Notes: a model not told the origin generated them from the letters alone. A stretch of DNA of 64,000 nt from Candidatus Parcubacteria bacterium (GCA_026395685.1 JAPLYG010000009.1:17519-81518); one strand, 5' to 3'. Shown: positions 39,734-49,789, counted from the first letter of the stretch. A program made the numbers and translations.

Positions 39734-40987
39734 TTAATTGGACTCCAGATATTTCCTATTTTTCAATTTTTCCGGCAAATAATCCTGTTTTGCGTCTTCA
39801 GCATTTTTAAAATTAGGTGTATATTTATAATCCTTGCCATAATTCAAATCCTGCATTAATTTCGTGGGCGCATTGCGCAGATGCAAGGGCACAGGTTCAT
39901 TGGGTAAATTCTTGATATCTTGTTTAACCTGACCAATGGCAAGATAAAGTTTATTGCTTTTCGGAGCTTTGGCTAAATAGGCTACTGCCTGAGCTAAAAT
40001 CACATCACATTCAGGATAACCAAGATAATGACAGGCAGTATAAGCTGACACGGTCTGAACCAAGGCATTTGGATCGGCTAAACCAATATCTTCCGAGGCA
40101 AACCTGACCAGACGACGCGCAATATACAACGGATCTTCGCCCGATTCAACCATGCGCCCCAGCCAGTACAAGGCTGCATTGGCATCAGAACCGCGCATTG
40201 ATTTATGCAAGGCGGAAATTATATTATAATGCTGTTCTCCGGCCTTGTCGTAAAGGTAACTTTTTTGCAAAGCCTGCTCAATGATCTTTTTATCCAAAAC
40301 AATCTTGCTGTCTTTATTGGGCTTGGTGGAATTTACTGAAAACTCCAAGGCATTCAAAACCGTACGCGCATCGCCATTGGACATCTGAGTTAAATGATCC
40401 TGAACATCTTCACCAATTTCAACTTTCAAATTGCCAAAACCCCGCTCCTTATCGTTCACCGCATTCTTGATGATTTGCTTGAGCTGATCCTGTTCCAAAA
40501 GATTTAAAACAAAAACCCGGCATCTAGAAAGCAAAGCTGAATTGACCTCAAAAGAAGGATTTTCCGTGGTCGCGCCAATCAGAGTTACAATCCCCTTTTC
40601 CACATATGGCAAAAGCGCATCCTGTTGTGATTTATTCCAGCGGTGAATTTCATCAATAAATAAAATCGTTTTTTGGTTTTTAAATTTCTTTCGTTCAATC
40701 GCCGCTTTGATCACATCACGCAATTCTTTTACGCCTGAAGACACAGCTGAAAAAGGCTCAAAAAAAGCTGATGTCTTTTGAGCAATAATTTTAGCCAATG
40801 TAGTTTTACCCGTACCGGGCGGCCCCCAAAAAATAATTGATGGCAAATTGTCAGCCTCAATGGCCTGTCTCAGCAAAGTCTTTGGCCCCACAATCTGCTC
40901 CTGGCCCATAAAATCCGAAAAATCCACAGGCCGCATCCGGTCAGCCAAAGGAGCTGCTTCTCTTAAATTTTTATCAAATAAATCCAT
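39734..40987 (-). CDS. rarA: Replication-associated recombination protein A
   Basis: PLADRMRP, GPPGTGKTT, IGATTENPSF, ISALHKSMRGSD, ASEDIGLAD. Confidence 0.95.
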   Translation of the reverse strand: MDLFDKNLREAAPLADRMRPVDFSDFMGQEQIVGPKTLLRQAIEADNLPSIIFWGPPGTGKTTLAKIIAQKTSAFFEPFSAVSSGVKELRDVIKAAIERKKFKNQKTILFIDEIHRWNKSQQDALLPYVEKGIVTLIGATTENPSFEVNSALLSRCRVFVLNLLEQDQLKQIIKNAVNDKERGFGNLKVEIGEDVQDHLTQMSNGDARTVLNALEFSVNSTKPNKDSKIVLDKKIIEQALQKSYLYDKAGEQHYNIISALHKSMRGSDANAALYWLGRMVESGEDPLYIARRLVRFASEDIGLADPNALVQTVSAYTACHYLGYPECDVILAQAVAYLAKAPKSNKLYLAIGQVKQDIKNLPNEPVPLHLRNAPTKLMQDLNYGKDYKYTPNFKNAEDAKQDYLPEKLKNRKYLESN

Positions 40988-41107
40988 CTGTTACTAATCT
41001 ACGAATTAGCTACGGATCTACTAATAGATCCTGGATGAAATATAGATGTGTTGATAGTTTAACAAAAAATACTAAAAAGAAAAAGGCCTAAATTTGGCCC
41101 TTCCCTT

Positions 41108-41263
41108 TTATTTTGTTTCTTTATGCAAGGTGTGCTTTTTACAGTGCCGGCAGTATTTTTTCAGTTGCATTCTTTCCTTAATAATTTTCTTATTCTTTTG
41201 AGAATAATAGTTGGTCTTTTTACAAACAGTACATTCAAATTTAATTAAATTGTCTTGGGACAT
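41108..41263 (-). CDS. rpmG: 50S ribosomal protein L33 (Zn-binding type), not in ORF track
   Basis: MSQDNLIKFECTVCKKTNYYSQKNKKIIKERMQLKKYCRHCKKHTLHKETK. Confidence 0.95.
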   Translation of the reverse strand: MSQDNLIKFECTVCKKTNYYSQKNKKIIKERMQLKKYCRHCKKHTLHKETK

Positions 41264-41369
41264 ACTATTTTAAAGTTATGAGTTATTAGTTATTAGTTTT
41301 AAGTTAACAAAGCCACCCATCCCGCTCCGCGTCTTTATCTGCGCGAAACTAAAATACAAGGTATTTATT

Positions 41370-41442
41370 AGCCGGGAGAGGGGCTTGAACCCACGACCTA
41401 CTGTTTACAAAACAGTTGCTCTACCAACTGAGCTATCCCGGC
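41370..41442 (-). tRNA. tRNA-Thr(TGT)
   Basis: GCCGGGATAGCTCAGTTGGTAGAGCAACTGTTT-TGT-AAACAGTAGGTCGTGGGTTCAAGCCCCTCTCCCGGCT. Confidence 0.9.
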
Positions 41443-41622
41443 ATATTTAAATTTTACTGGTTCGGCTTAGGCAGGCGGGTATGTTCTACCAGCTGAGCCT
41501 GGGGGGCATTGACAAGACATTAAACTTATGTAAAATATTTTATCAGAAAACAAAATAAATGTCAAAGCTTGGCTAAAATCCCAAATTTGATATAATAGAA
41601 TCACTATTTAAATTAACAAAGT

Positions 41623-43431
41623 ATGGCTAAAATTAAACCCCGAATATTACAATTTGGCATCATTTTTGCCTTAGCAACTATCATAATTACCCTGCTTGTA
41701 CTTATCCCCTCTTTTTATTTGGTAAAAATCACCAATTTAAAAGAGCTTAATATTTTGGTATCTGTAGTAAAACAACTCAGCATCTTAATAATATTTATCC
41801 TGCCCTTGCTTTTCCTAAGCAAATCAAAGCTGCTGATCATTGCCCTTTCGCTGTTATCAACGGCATATTATTCCCTAATTTTCTTTCTGGTTTATTACTG
41901 GTCGACTTTAAAAACGTTATTTAATCCGTATTTCTTTGTTGATTCTTATGATGCCATAATACCAACCGCTAATATTTTATTTGGGCCCACAGTTGTAATA
42001 TTTTCCGCTATAGCCCTGACAATATTTGTGATTTTTCTATTCTATTTTTTCTATGTTTTATATACGAATATCTGCGAATTAAAAAAACATTTTTCTTCCA
42101 TAAACAAACAGCTAAAATATTTATTAATTATACCCGTTGCTGTTTTATGTATCTGTCCTCAGCCCTTTGGCTTTATCACCTACCACTATCATTTAATTAA
42201 AGAGGTAAATGCCGCCCGTCATTTTTTCAGAGCCTACATCCCCGATTATAAAAATATAAAAACGAATTCTAATGAGAACATTTTTATTTTACAGCTGGAA
42301 TCAATCAATGCCATGGCAACACAGGGTCAGGCTGCTAATTTAGATGCCTATGCCAACCAGGTATTTATACCTAATTTTCAAAAAATCGCCAAAGACGGAA
42401 TATTTTTCCCTTACTTCTGGTCAAATAGCATTCAGACTATTCGCGCGCAAGAAAATATTTTATGCGGAATTACTAATAATATTGACGAGGGAATTGCCTA
42501 TGATGATGGGGTTGACATGGAAAATTGTCTGCCTAACATTTTAAAAAAATCTGGCTATAAAACAATTGTTTTCCGTTCTGACAATCTGGAATTTCAGGGC
42601 ATGGGTGATTTTTTTCAAAAGCTTGGTTACGAAGAGGTTCATTACACAGACATAATGAAACCCCAAGACCCCAAATATCAATGGGGGTTTGATGATTGTA
42701 TTTTTTATCAGCGCGCCTTTGAATATTTAAAAAACAAAGGCTTAGATAAAGAAAAAATATTTGTTTATTTTGAAGTATCATCAACCCATCTCCCCTGGGA
42801 GCCGAAAGCAGAATATACTTTCACCCATAAATTTAATTCCCCGGCTAATTATCTGGAAAAATATTTAAACTCCCAGTCCGAACAAGACTATTGCCTGGGA
42901 AAATTTTACGAAGAATATAAAGAGTATAACGACTCCAAATCGCACCTTTTTATTTTATCCGATCACTCCTGGCCGATAGGCTTTAAGGAGGGCAATTATT
43001 ACAATTTTCAAAACGCCTTCAATGAAAACTATTTGACAGTGCTTTCTTATTTTCCTCCGACTGATAAAACAGGACAATTTAATATCGGGAAAACCGTTAA
43101 GACTCCCCTTATTTATTCAGAAACTGATATCCCACCCACGATTTTCGAATTGCTCAATAATCAAAGCTATCAAAATTCCTTTGTCTTTGAGTTGAAAAAA
43201 GAAAGCACCCAGTCAACTTATGAAAATTGCCAAATTTTAACTCAGCCCTATAGCGGCGGATATTTAATAATCATCTCGGGGACAAACAAGTATATTTACT
43301 CGGTAATTGATAAAACCGTTACCCAATATGACTTAATAAATGATCTTTACGAACAAAGCCCCAAAATCATTGAAACAAATCTACCCTTTGAAGCTTTCAA
43401 GGAAAAATATTTTTGTCAAAGATATAAGTAG
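41623..43431 (+). CDS. LTA synthase/sulfatase-like membrane protein
   Basis: Five N-terminal TMs, NIFILQLES, catalytic Thr (IQTIR), STH.P, LSDH. Confidence 0.8.
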   Translation: MAKIKPRILQFGIIFALATIIITLLVLIPSFYLVKITNLKELNILVSVVKQLSILIIFILPLLFLSKSKLLIIALSLLSTAYYSLIFFLVYYWSTLKTLFNPYFFVDSYDAIIPTANILFGPTVVIFSAIALTIFVIFLFYFFYVLYTNICELKKHFSSINKQLKYLLIIPVAVLCICPQPFGFITYHYHLIKEVNAARHFFRAYIPDYKNIKTNSNENIFILQLESINAMATQGQAANLDAYANQVFIPNFQKIAKDGIFFPYFWSNSIQTIRAQENILCGITNNIDEGIAYDDGVDMENCLPNILKKSGYKTIVFRSDNLEFQGMGDFFQKLGYEEVHYTDIMKPQDPKYQWGFDDCIFYQRAFEYLKNKGLDKEKIFVYFEVSSTHLPWEPKAEYTFTHKFNSPANYLEKYLNSQSEQDYCLGKFYEEYKEYNDSKSHLFILSDHSWPIGFKEGNYYNFQNAFNENYLTVLSYFPPTDKTGQFNIGKTVKTPLIYSETDIPPTIFELLNNQSYQNSFVFELKKESTQSTYENCQILTQPYSGGYLIIISGTNKYIYSVIDKTVTQYDLINDLYEQSPKIIETNLPFEAFKEKYFCQRYK

Positions 43432-43475
43432 ACGCAAAAATAAAATCGAGGACAAAATCCTCGATTTTATAATTT

Positions 43476-43558
43476 TGGGCCGGGGAGGGTTCGAACCTCC
43501 GAAGGCGTAAGCCAGCAGATTTACAGTCTGCCCCATTTGACCGCTTTGGTACCGACCC
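43476..43558 (-). tRNA. tRNA-Tyr(GTA)
   Basis: GGGTCGGTACCAAAGCGGTCAAATGGGGCAGACT-GTA-AATCTGC, long variable arm, GGTTCGAACC. Confidence 0.93.
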
Positions 43559-43607
43559 ATTATAAAAACTTAAAATTCAAAATTCTAATTACTAATTACA
43601 ATTCCTT

Positions 43608-43659
43608 AGCCGTTGCGCGGATTTTCCGCCAGAGGCGGATCAGCCTCTGGCTGAGAACC
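43608..43659 (-). pseudogene. tRNA-Thr 3' relic with a 30-nt insert in the T-loop
   Basis: GGTTC|TCAGCCAGAGGCTGATCCGCCTCTGGCGGA|AAATCCGCGCAACGGCT. Confidence 0.75.
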
Positions 43660-43662
43660 ATG

Positions 43663-43735
43663 AGCCGTTGTGGAGACTTGAACTCCAGACCTACTCCTTA
43701 CCATGGAGTTGCTCTACCAACTGAGCTACAACGGC
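43663..43735 (-). tRNA. tRNA-Thr(GGT)
   Basis: GCCGTTGTAGCTCAGTTGGTAGAGCAACTCCAT-GGT-AAGGAGTAGGTCTGGAGTTCAAGTCTCCACAACGGCT. Confidence 0.93.
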
Positions 43736-43967
43736 GTGATATAAACTACTACAACAACTTCTGCGAGCGAAGTTGGTAGGCCGTCCATAATTCTAATTAC
43801 AATTTTAACTGCCTGCCCAGGCGCTCGCGAGCGGCTGGGCCTGTCCGCCGTAGCCCTCCGTAGCATTAGCGTAGGATGGGCGTAGGCGGAAGCTACAACG
43901 GCGTGATATAAACTACTACAACAACTTCAGCAAGCGAAGTTGGTAGGCCGTCCATAATTCTAATTAC
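43724..43967. repeat. 77-bp direct repeat (43724-43800 / 43891-43967) of the tRNA-Thr leader and 5' end, with a 79-nt composite palindromic insert (43812-43890)
   Basis: The two copies differ at 2 positions. Confidence 0.9.
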
Positions 43968-44021
43968 TTGCTAAACAAAAAAATCGCCGTAAAATCGATC
44001 TTGATTTAATTTAATTTTATC

Positions 44022-44813
44022 CTAAATTTCTTTAAGCTGCTGTTCAAATTCAGCTATTTTTGCATTTTCGGGATTTACTGATTTTAGCTTTTCCAAAGTC
44101 TCAACTGCTAATTCCTTATTTTTTAATATTATACTATTTGTCAGTAAAAGGTCAAGATATTTAGGGCTATTAGGCACTAATTCCAAAGCTTTTACTAAAT
44201 TTTCAACCACAGACTCGGGTTTTTCCATCTTCTCATAAACTTCAGCCAACTTAAAATACGCCTGGTCATCAGTCTTATTAATCTTTAAAATATGCTTAAA
44301 AGTAGCTTCTGCTTCGACAAATTGTTTTTGCAGATAATACAAATCGCCCAGCTCATGATAAGCCTTTAGATTTTTAGGATCCAACGCCAAAACCTCGATT
44401 ATTTTTTTCTCTGCTTCTTCGAAATTCTCATTTTTCATCAAACTTTTCCCCTCATCTAAAAGATCCTCTATCTTCTTTTCCAAATCTAAAAACTCACTCT
44501 TAGTTACCAAGATTTCCTTTTTGGTCTGATTTTTGTACTTATCCTCAACTTCTTGAATTTTAGTTTTAACTGCGCTTACTTTGCGCTGAAAAAAATTCGA
44601 AAGAATTTGAAAAAATGGCTGGAGCTTCGAAGAAAAATGTTTTACTTTCCGCTCCAATCTTTCCTCAATAATTTTATTCTTAGTCTGGGCAGCTTTTTCC
44701 TCCGGAATTTCATTCACGTCAAAAATAGTCAATAACGGCAATTTCTTTAAAACAATCGCCGATATTCCGGCCAGACATAATAGGATAATAATTAAGGGGA
44801 TTATATTATACAT
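44022..44813 (-). CDS. Membrane-anchored TPR protein
   Basis: N-terminal TM, coiled coil, repeated A...LG..Y/AL.LDP TPR motifs. Confidence 0.85.
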   Translation of the reverse strand: MYNIIPLIIILLCLAGISAIVLKKLPLLTIFDVNEIPEEKAAQTKNKIIEERLERKVKHFSSKLQPFFQILSNFFQRKVSAVKTKIQEVEDKYKNQTKKEILVTKSEFLDLEKKIEDLLDEGKSLMKNENFEEAEKKIIEVLALDPKNLKAYHELGDLYYLQKQFVEAEATFKHILKINKTDDQAYFKLAEVYEKMEKPESVVENLVKALELVPNSPKYLDLLLTNSIILKNKELAVETLEKLKSVNPENAKIAEFEQQLKEI

Positions 44814-44840
44814 AATATTTAGATACTTTTAAATAAAAGC

Positions 44841-46073
44841 TTATTTCTCCTTTTCCTGACTTTGATATTTTGCCCGCAGTTTTTTTTGCGCAATTGCCCT
44901 CGAAGCTTCCTGAAAATTAATTATTTTTTTCTTTGCAGCTCTGGGCTTAAATAGATTTTTTAATTTTAAAGCGAATTCTGCCAAGGCGTTTTCATTGCCG
45001 TATGCCTTTGCAAATTCTTTTCTCAGGGTTTCCAGGCCATCCTGATTGAACATGGCATCAGAAAAGAATTTAAACGGAACTTTTTGCAATGTTTCCTTTA
45101 CCAGTGCCGTATATTCTGAATATGCCATATTTGACAGATACAACGGATGATTTCTTTCTCCCATTAAACTGGTTTTGAAATTAGTCAGATGATCTCGCAT
45201 AATAAAAAACGTAACCATTTCCGTAACTGCTTCATTTACTTCTTTAAAATCAGGATCATTATAATTCTGATGCAAACCTAATCTTTCATAATTCTTGTAG
45301 CTCGCGGAATGGACTAACTCATGAACAACCACCCAAAAAACCCGCCATTCATCCTTGTCTGTAAAATGAGATGGAATTGCGACTTGAATCTCATAGCCCT
45401 TATTTACGCCAGCCGAATCCGGCGGATTTCCGGCCAAATCATAATTCAGAATATCCACTAATCTCACGGGGATACTGCTGATATCAGGGAAAGAATCCAA
45501 TTTTCGCAAATTCTTTTCTTTAATCAGGTACTGCGTTACTTCGGCCCTGGCAGTTTTCAGGACCTTGTCAAAAATTATTGGGTAAAATTCTTTTTCCAGC
45601 CAATATGCCTTTTTCAATTCTAAAGCAATAAAAGTAGCCAAATCATTGGCGACCTTCTGCATCTCATCATTATTTTCCTTTTTATATAAACTGCTGTCAT
45701 TTAATAATTTATAAGCGGCTGGCCTTAACTTTTTTACCGTATTCAAATTACGCCTGTAACGAAACGTTTTTTCTTTTATTGGCAGCTCTTCAGAAACATT
45801 ACGGGTCGAGGCATCATAAAGCAAGCGGTAAAAATGTCCAGGCTCAATTTCATCAATTTCAGTTAACCAGTTTATACTACTGACAATGCGATTCGTCTCT
45901 TCCCGGGGAACCTCCAGATCGCATATTTCTTCCAAGTCTTCCTCAGAGACAACAACCGCTTTAATTTGTTCAGGCTCCAATGATTCTAAAGGTCTTAATT
46001 TGCCGGCCTTTTTACGCTGTGCATTTTCTCCAAACTGGTTTGGCAATGATGGAAATGACATATTTTTAAGCAT
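44841..46073 (-). CDS. Hypothetical protein with gluzincin-type metalloprotease motif
   Basis: VVHELVH...EVNEAVTE. Confidence 0.65.
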   Translation of the reverse strand: MLKNMSFPSLPNQFGENAQRKKAGKLRPLESLEPEQIKAVVVSEEDLEEICDLEVPREETNRIVSSINWLTEIDEIEPGHFYRLLYDASTRNVSEELPIKEKTFRYRRNLNTVKKLRPAAYKLLNDSSLYKKENNDEMQKVANDLATFIALELKKAYWLEKEFYPIIFDKVLKTARAEVTQYLIKEKNLRKLDSFPDISSIPVRLVDILNYDLAGNPPDSAGVNKGYEIQVAIPSHFTDKDEWRVFWVVVHELVHSASYKNYERLGLHQNYNDPDFKEVNEAVTEMVTFFIMRDHLTNFKTSLMGERNHPLYLSNMAYSEYTALVKETLQKVPFKFFSDAMFNQDGLETLRKEFAKAYGNENALAEFALKLKNLFKPRAAKKKIINFQEASRAIAQKKLRAKYQSQEKEK

Positions 46074-46791
46074 TATTGATTATACCATTTAAATTATTTA
46101 TTTTCAAACTCGCTCCCCCGACTAAAACTCCGTCAACTTCCTTCAAGGACATTATATCAGCGCTGTTTAGTAAATTGACAGTCCCGCCATATATAATTTT
46201 CGTGCCGGCTTTACCCATACTACTCAATAATTTACGCAAATAGCCGTGCATTTCGGCAATATCAGCAGTCGAGGCTGCAATCTTGACCCTGCCCTTTTGA
46301 AACGTGGAAATTGCCCAGACCGGCTCATATGCTATAATCACTCGGTTTTTAATGCCTTTGAGGGCTATTTGCAGCTGTTTTTTTAGAATTTTTTTTGTAA
46401 TTCCTCTTTTACGATCCCGGGCATTTTCACCGATGCAAATCACCGGAGTTATATGCAATTTTAACAAATTTTTAATTTTCTGATTAATCATATAATCACT
46501 TTCTAAAAAGTAAATGCGCCTTTCAGAATGGCCGACCAGACAATAGGTGCAGCCCTGCTCCTTTAACATGCTGGCGGAAATTTCCCCTGTAAACGCACCC
46601 TGCTCATATTGAGACACATTTTGCGCCCCTAATTTTATATCGGGCCTTTGATGTTTTGCCAACTCACCTAAAAAGGTATAAGGGGCGGCAAGCACTACTT
46701 CATTTTTACTGCTTTTGATCTTAGCAAGAAAACTTAAAGCTTCCTTGACAGACAAATTCATTTTCCAATTGGCAATAATTATTTTACTCAT
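46066..46791 (-). CDS. tpiA: Triosephosphate isomerase
   Basis: ANWKMN, VGHSERR, AYEPVWAI, YGG.V, DGVLVGGASL. Confidence 0.95.
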   Translation of the reverse strand: MSKIIIANWKMNLSVKEALSFLAKIKSSKNEVVLAAPYTFLGELAKHQRPDIKLGAQNVSQYEQGAFTGEISASMLKEQGCTYCLVGHSERRIYFLESDYMINQKIKNLLKLHITPVICIGENARDRKRGITKKILKKQLQIALKGIKNRVIIAYEPVWAISTFQKGRVKIAASTADIAEMHGYLRKLLSSMGKAGTKIIYGGTVNLLNSADIMSLKEVDGVLVGGASLKINNLNGIINNA

Positions 46792-48065
46792 AAGTTTAAT
46801 AGCTTTAAATATTTTTCTTTATTTTTATTGGGACCGACCATAACAAAATTCATTTTATCTCTTAAAATCACTTCCTTAGCCACCTGATTGACTTGCGCAA
46901 GGCTGACCTTTAAAAATTCATTTATTTTCTGCTCGGGCGTCAATAATTTTTTCGCTAAAATAAATTCCCGTCCGTAAAACTCTGCCAAATCATTTAATTC
47001 CTCCAGCTGCATAGTTAAACGACCCTTAATGAATTTCTTAGCTTTGGATAATTCTTCCGCAGTGACTCCGCTGTCTTTTATATCCCTCAATTCCTTGGCA
47101 ATCAGTGCCAGGCCTTTTTCCAATTTATCATTATCCAACCCGGAACGGATCAATAGATCACCGGTATCTTCATAAATATCAGCCTGTGAGCGGATATAAT
47201 AGCACAAGCCTTCTCTTTCTCTGACATTGATAAATAAACGCGAACTCATATTTCCCCCTAAAATAATGGATAAAATTTGAAAAGCAGGCAATTTTGGAGA
47301 TGAATATGGATATGCCGGAAATCCCAGGGCAATATGAGCCTGATTCGTAGCTTTATAATTAAGAGCCGCCTTAGCGACTTTTTGTTTAATGCTAATTGGT
47401 TTGTGTTCAATCCTTTTTTGAAATTTATGGCCAAAACCCTGCTGGTTAAAATATTTGTTCAATACTTTCAAAGTATTTTTATCAACCTTTCCGGAAACAA
47501 TCAAAGCTGCATTTTTTGGAGAATAAAACTTTTCCAAATAGCCAATAATATCCTGCCTGGTCAGAGCCTTAACTGTTTTCCGCGTACCGGCAATATTATG
47601 TTCCAAATCTAAACCCTTAAAAATAGATTCCTCAAACAAAATCTCGGCATACTGAATGGGCTGATCTTCATACATTTTTATTTCCTCCAAAATTACGCCT
47701 TTTTCTTTCTCCAATTCTTCCTTGTCAAATTTCGAATTATTTAACATATCAGAAAGGATATCACAGGCAACTTCAAAGTCACCGACATTAACTTTCATAT
47801 GGTAAGCTGTATGATCCTTAGCTGTAAAAGCATTGAATTCCGCGCCAATACTATCCAGTTCTTTGGAGAGAATAAGAGTTGAGGGCCGTTTTTGCGTACC
47901 TTTAAACATCAAATGCTCTATAAAGTGCGATATACCATATAAATTCTGCCTTAACTCATGGCGCGAACCGACTTTATAAATTAAAAATAAAGCAATTGCC
48001 TTGCTGTCTTTTTTGGGCGCCAAAATCACTGGCAAACCATTTTTTAAAGTTAATTTTTGGTACAT
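46788..48065 (-). CDS. M16 family zinc peptidase
   Basis: HFIEH inverted zincin, NAFT, SSRLF..VRE..GLCY. Confidence 0.92.
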   Translation of the reverse strand: MYQKLTLKNGLPVILAPKKDSKAIALFLIYKVGSRHELRQNLYGISHFIEHLMFKGTQKRPSTLILSKELDSIGAEFNAFTAKDHTAYHMKVNVGDFEVACDILSDMLNNSKFDKEELEKEKGVILEEIKMYEDQPIQYAEILFEESIFKGLDLEHNIAGTRKTVKALTRQDIIGYLEKFYSPKNAALIVSGKVDKNTLKVLNKYFNQQGFGHKFQKRIEHKPISIKQKVAKAALNYKATNQAHIALGFPAYPYSSPKLPAFQILSIILGGNMSSRLFINVREREGLCYYIRSQADIYEDTGDLLIRSGLDNDKLEKGLALIAKELRDIKDSGVTAEELSKAKKFIKGRLTMQLEELNDLAEFYGREFILAKKLLTPEQKINEFLKVSLAQVNQVAKEVILRDKMNFVMVGPNKNKEKYLKLLNL

Positions 48066-48180
48066 AAATTTTTCAACAAAAATATGAGTTAAACGTCAAT
48101 CAACATCACTTGGCGTTACGTTAAACGATTATCGATAAACGTAACTAATATCGAAACCGTACAACGATAAACGAATTTTA

Positions 48181-48378
48181 TTATTCCACCTTAAAGGCGA
48201 CTTTCATATTTACGCGAAACTCCACAATTTTATTATCATTGACTACAGCTGTCTGACCGATGACATCGACGCCGCTGATTCCCCGAATAGACTTGCCTGC
48301 TCTTTTCACGCCATCGCTAATAGCATCTTCAAAACTCTTGGGAGAAGTACCGATTAACTCAACTATTTTTACGCACAT
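48181..48378 (-). CDS. Dodecin family flavin-binding protein
   Basis: KIVELIGTS..SFEDAI.......EFRVNMKVAFKVE. Confidence 0.9.
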   Translation of the reverse strand: MCVKIVELIGTSPKSFEDAISDGVKRAGKSIRGISGVDVIGQTAVVNDNKIVEFRVNMKVAFKVE

Positions 48379-48518
48379 TTTGGCAAAATTAATATTTAAA
48401 ATAAACTTAATTGCTGATTATATTTTATCATAGTCTCTGTGTTTTTTAAAGTGATTGACAATGTTGACAATTTATGATAAATTAAGTAAACAGTTTATTT
48501 GAAAAAGGAGGACTTTCC

Positions 48519-49781
48519 ATGGATAATAACGGGAGTTTTTACCAGCAAGCCCAACGGCTGCAAGATGCGGCTTATGATGTCCGCAACCCCAAGATTCGGG
48601 AAGCCAGATTGATCATTGAACAGACCATTAAAGAAGAACTGCGGACTAAACCCAGGGAAGAAATCAAACAACTGCATTCCTGGAATATCGGCAACCCGCC
48701 TTATTTTGGCATCCAGCCGCCGGAAGAAATCAATCATTTGCTGCAGCAGATCCAGATCCAGTATGGCTATTCCCCGGCTCAGGGATTGGAACAGGCTATT
48801 GAGTCCATTTTCGCCTACCATCAGTCGCAAAAATTTATCAATCTCAAAAGAGAAAATATTTTCGGCACTGATGGCGTAAGTGAAGGCATTCGCCTTGTTA
48901 CTACGGCAACGCTTAATCCCGGGGACGAAATACTCCTGCCTACGCCCAATTATCCCCTTTGGCGCCTGTTTGTGCAGCAAGCCGGAGCCATTCCGGTTCA
49001 CTACCAGTGTGATGAAAAATCCTGCTGGTATCCGGATCTTGCCGATATCATCAGGAAAATCAGCGGCCGGACAAAAGCAATCTTGCTGATCAATCCCAAT
49101 AATCCGACCGGCGCAATTTATTCCCTGGAAATTTTGCAGCAGATTATCAGTATTGCTCGCGAGCACCGGCTAATCATCTTTGCTGATGAAGTCTATAACG
49201 AAGTGCTTTACGGCCAAGCCAAGCACATTCCGATTGCCTCGATTTCTGACGAGGTGCTGATTTTCACGCTTAATGGCCTGTCTAAAAACAGGCTCATGCC
49301 CGGCATTCGTTCCGGCTGGATTGCCATTAGCGGACCGACGCATCAGGCGCGTGACTTGATTAACGGCATTAACCTGCTTGTTAATGCCAGGCTGTGCCCG
49401 AATATCTACGGCCAATTGGCCATTCCCCTGATCCTCCCCCGCGCTGACTACCTCCGGCCGCTTTTAGTGCCTGGGGGACGATTCTTTGACCAGATTGAAG
49501 CAGCCAGCCAGGCAATCAATCAGTGCGAGGAGCTGTCTTGCGTCAAAGCTGATGCAACTATGTACCTTTACGTAAAGATCAACAGCCCGAATCACATTGC
49601 CAATGACGAGAAGTTCATTCTGGACCTGCTCAATGCTGAACGAGTTCAGCTTGTGCAGGGTACCGGCTTTGACGACAAAAATCTACCGCGGCATATCCGC
49701 ATTGTCTGTCTGGCGCCGGTGGCTGAACTGACCGAGGGCATCGGACGCATTATTAGGTTTCTGCAGAACTACAAAAACTAA
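48519..49781 (+). CDS. PLP-dependent class I/II aminotransferase (AlaA-like)
   Basis: YDVR, NIGNP, GVSE, INPNNPTGA.YS, FADEVY, NGLSK....G.RSGW; AAGGAGG SD. Confidence 0.88.
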   Translation: MDNNGSFYQQAQRLQDAAYDVRNPKIREARLIIEQTIKEELRTKPREEIKQLHSWNIGNPPYFGIQPPEEINHLLQQIQIQYGYSPAQGLEQAIESIFAYHQSQKFINLKRENIFGTDGVSEGIRLVTTATLNPGDEILLPTPNYPLWRLFVQQAGAIPVHYQCDEKSCWYPDLADIIRKISGRTKAILLINPNNPTGAIYSLEILQQIISIAREHRLIIFADEVYNEVLYGQAKHIPIASISDEVLIFTLNGLSKNRLMPGIRSGWIAISGPTHQARDLINGINLLVNARLCPNIYGQLAIPLILPRADYLRPLLVPGGRFFDQIEAASQAINQCEELSCVKADATMYLYVKINSPNHIANDEKFILDLLNAERVQLVQGTGFDDKNLPRHIRIVCLAPVAELTEGIGRIIRFLQNYKN

Positions 49782-49789
49782 AAGAACAC

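Noticed and set aside
43724-43967. CRISPR array
   Set aside because: Only two 77-bp copies containing tRNA sequence; no cas genes.
48495-49166. 223-aa - strand ORF
   Set aside because: Antisense shadow of the aminotransferase.
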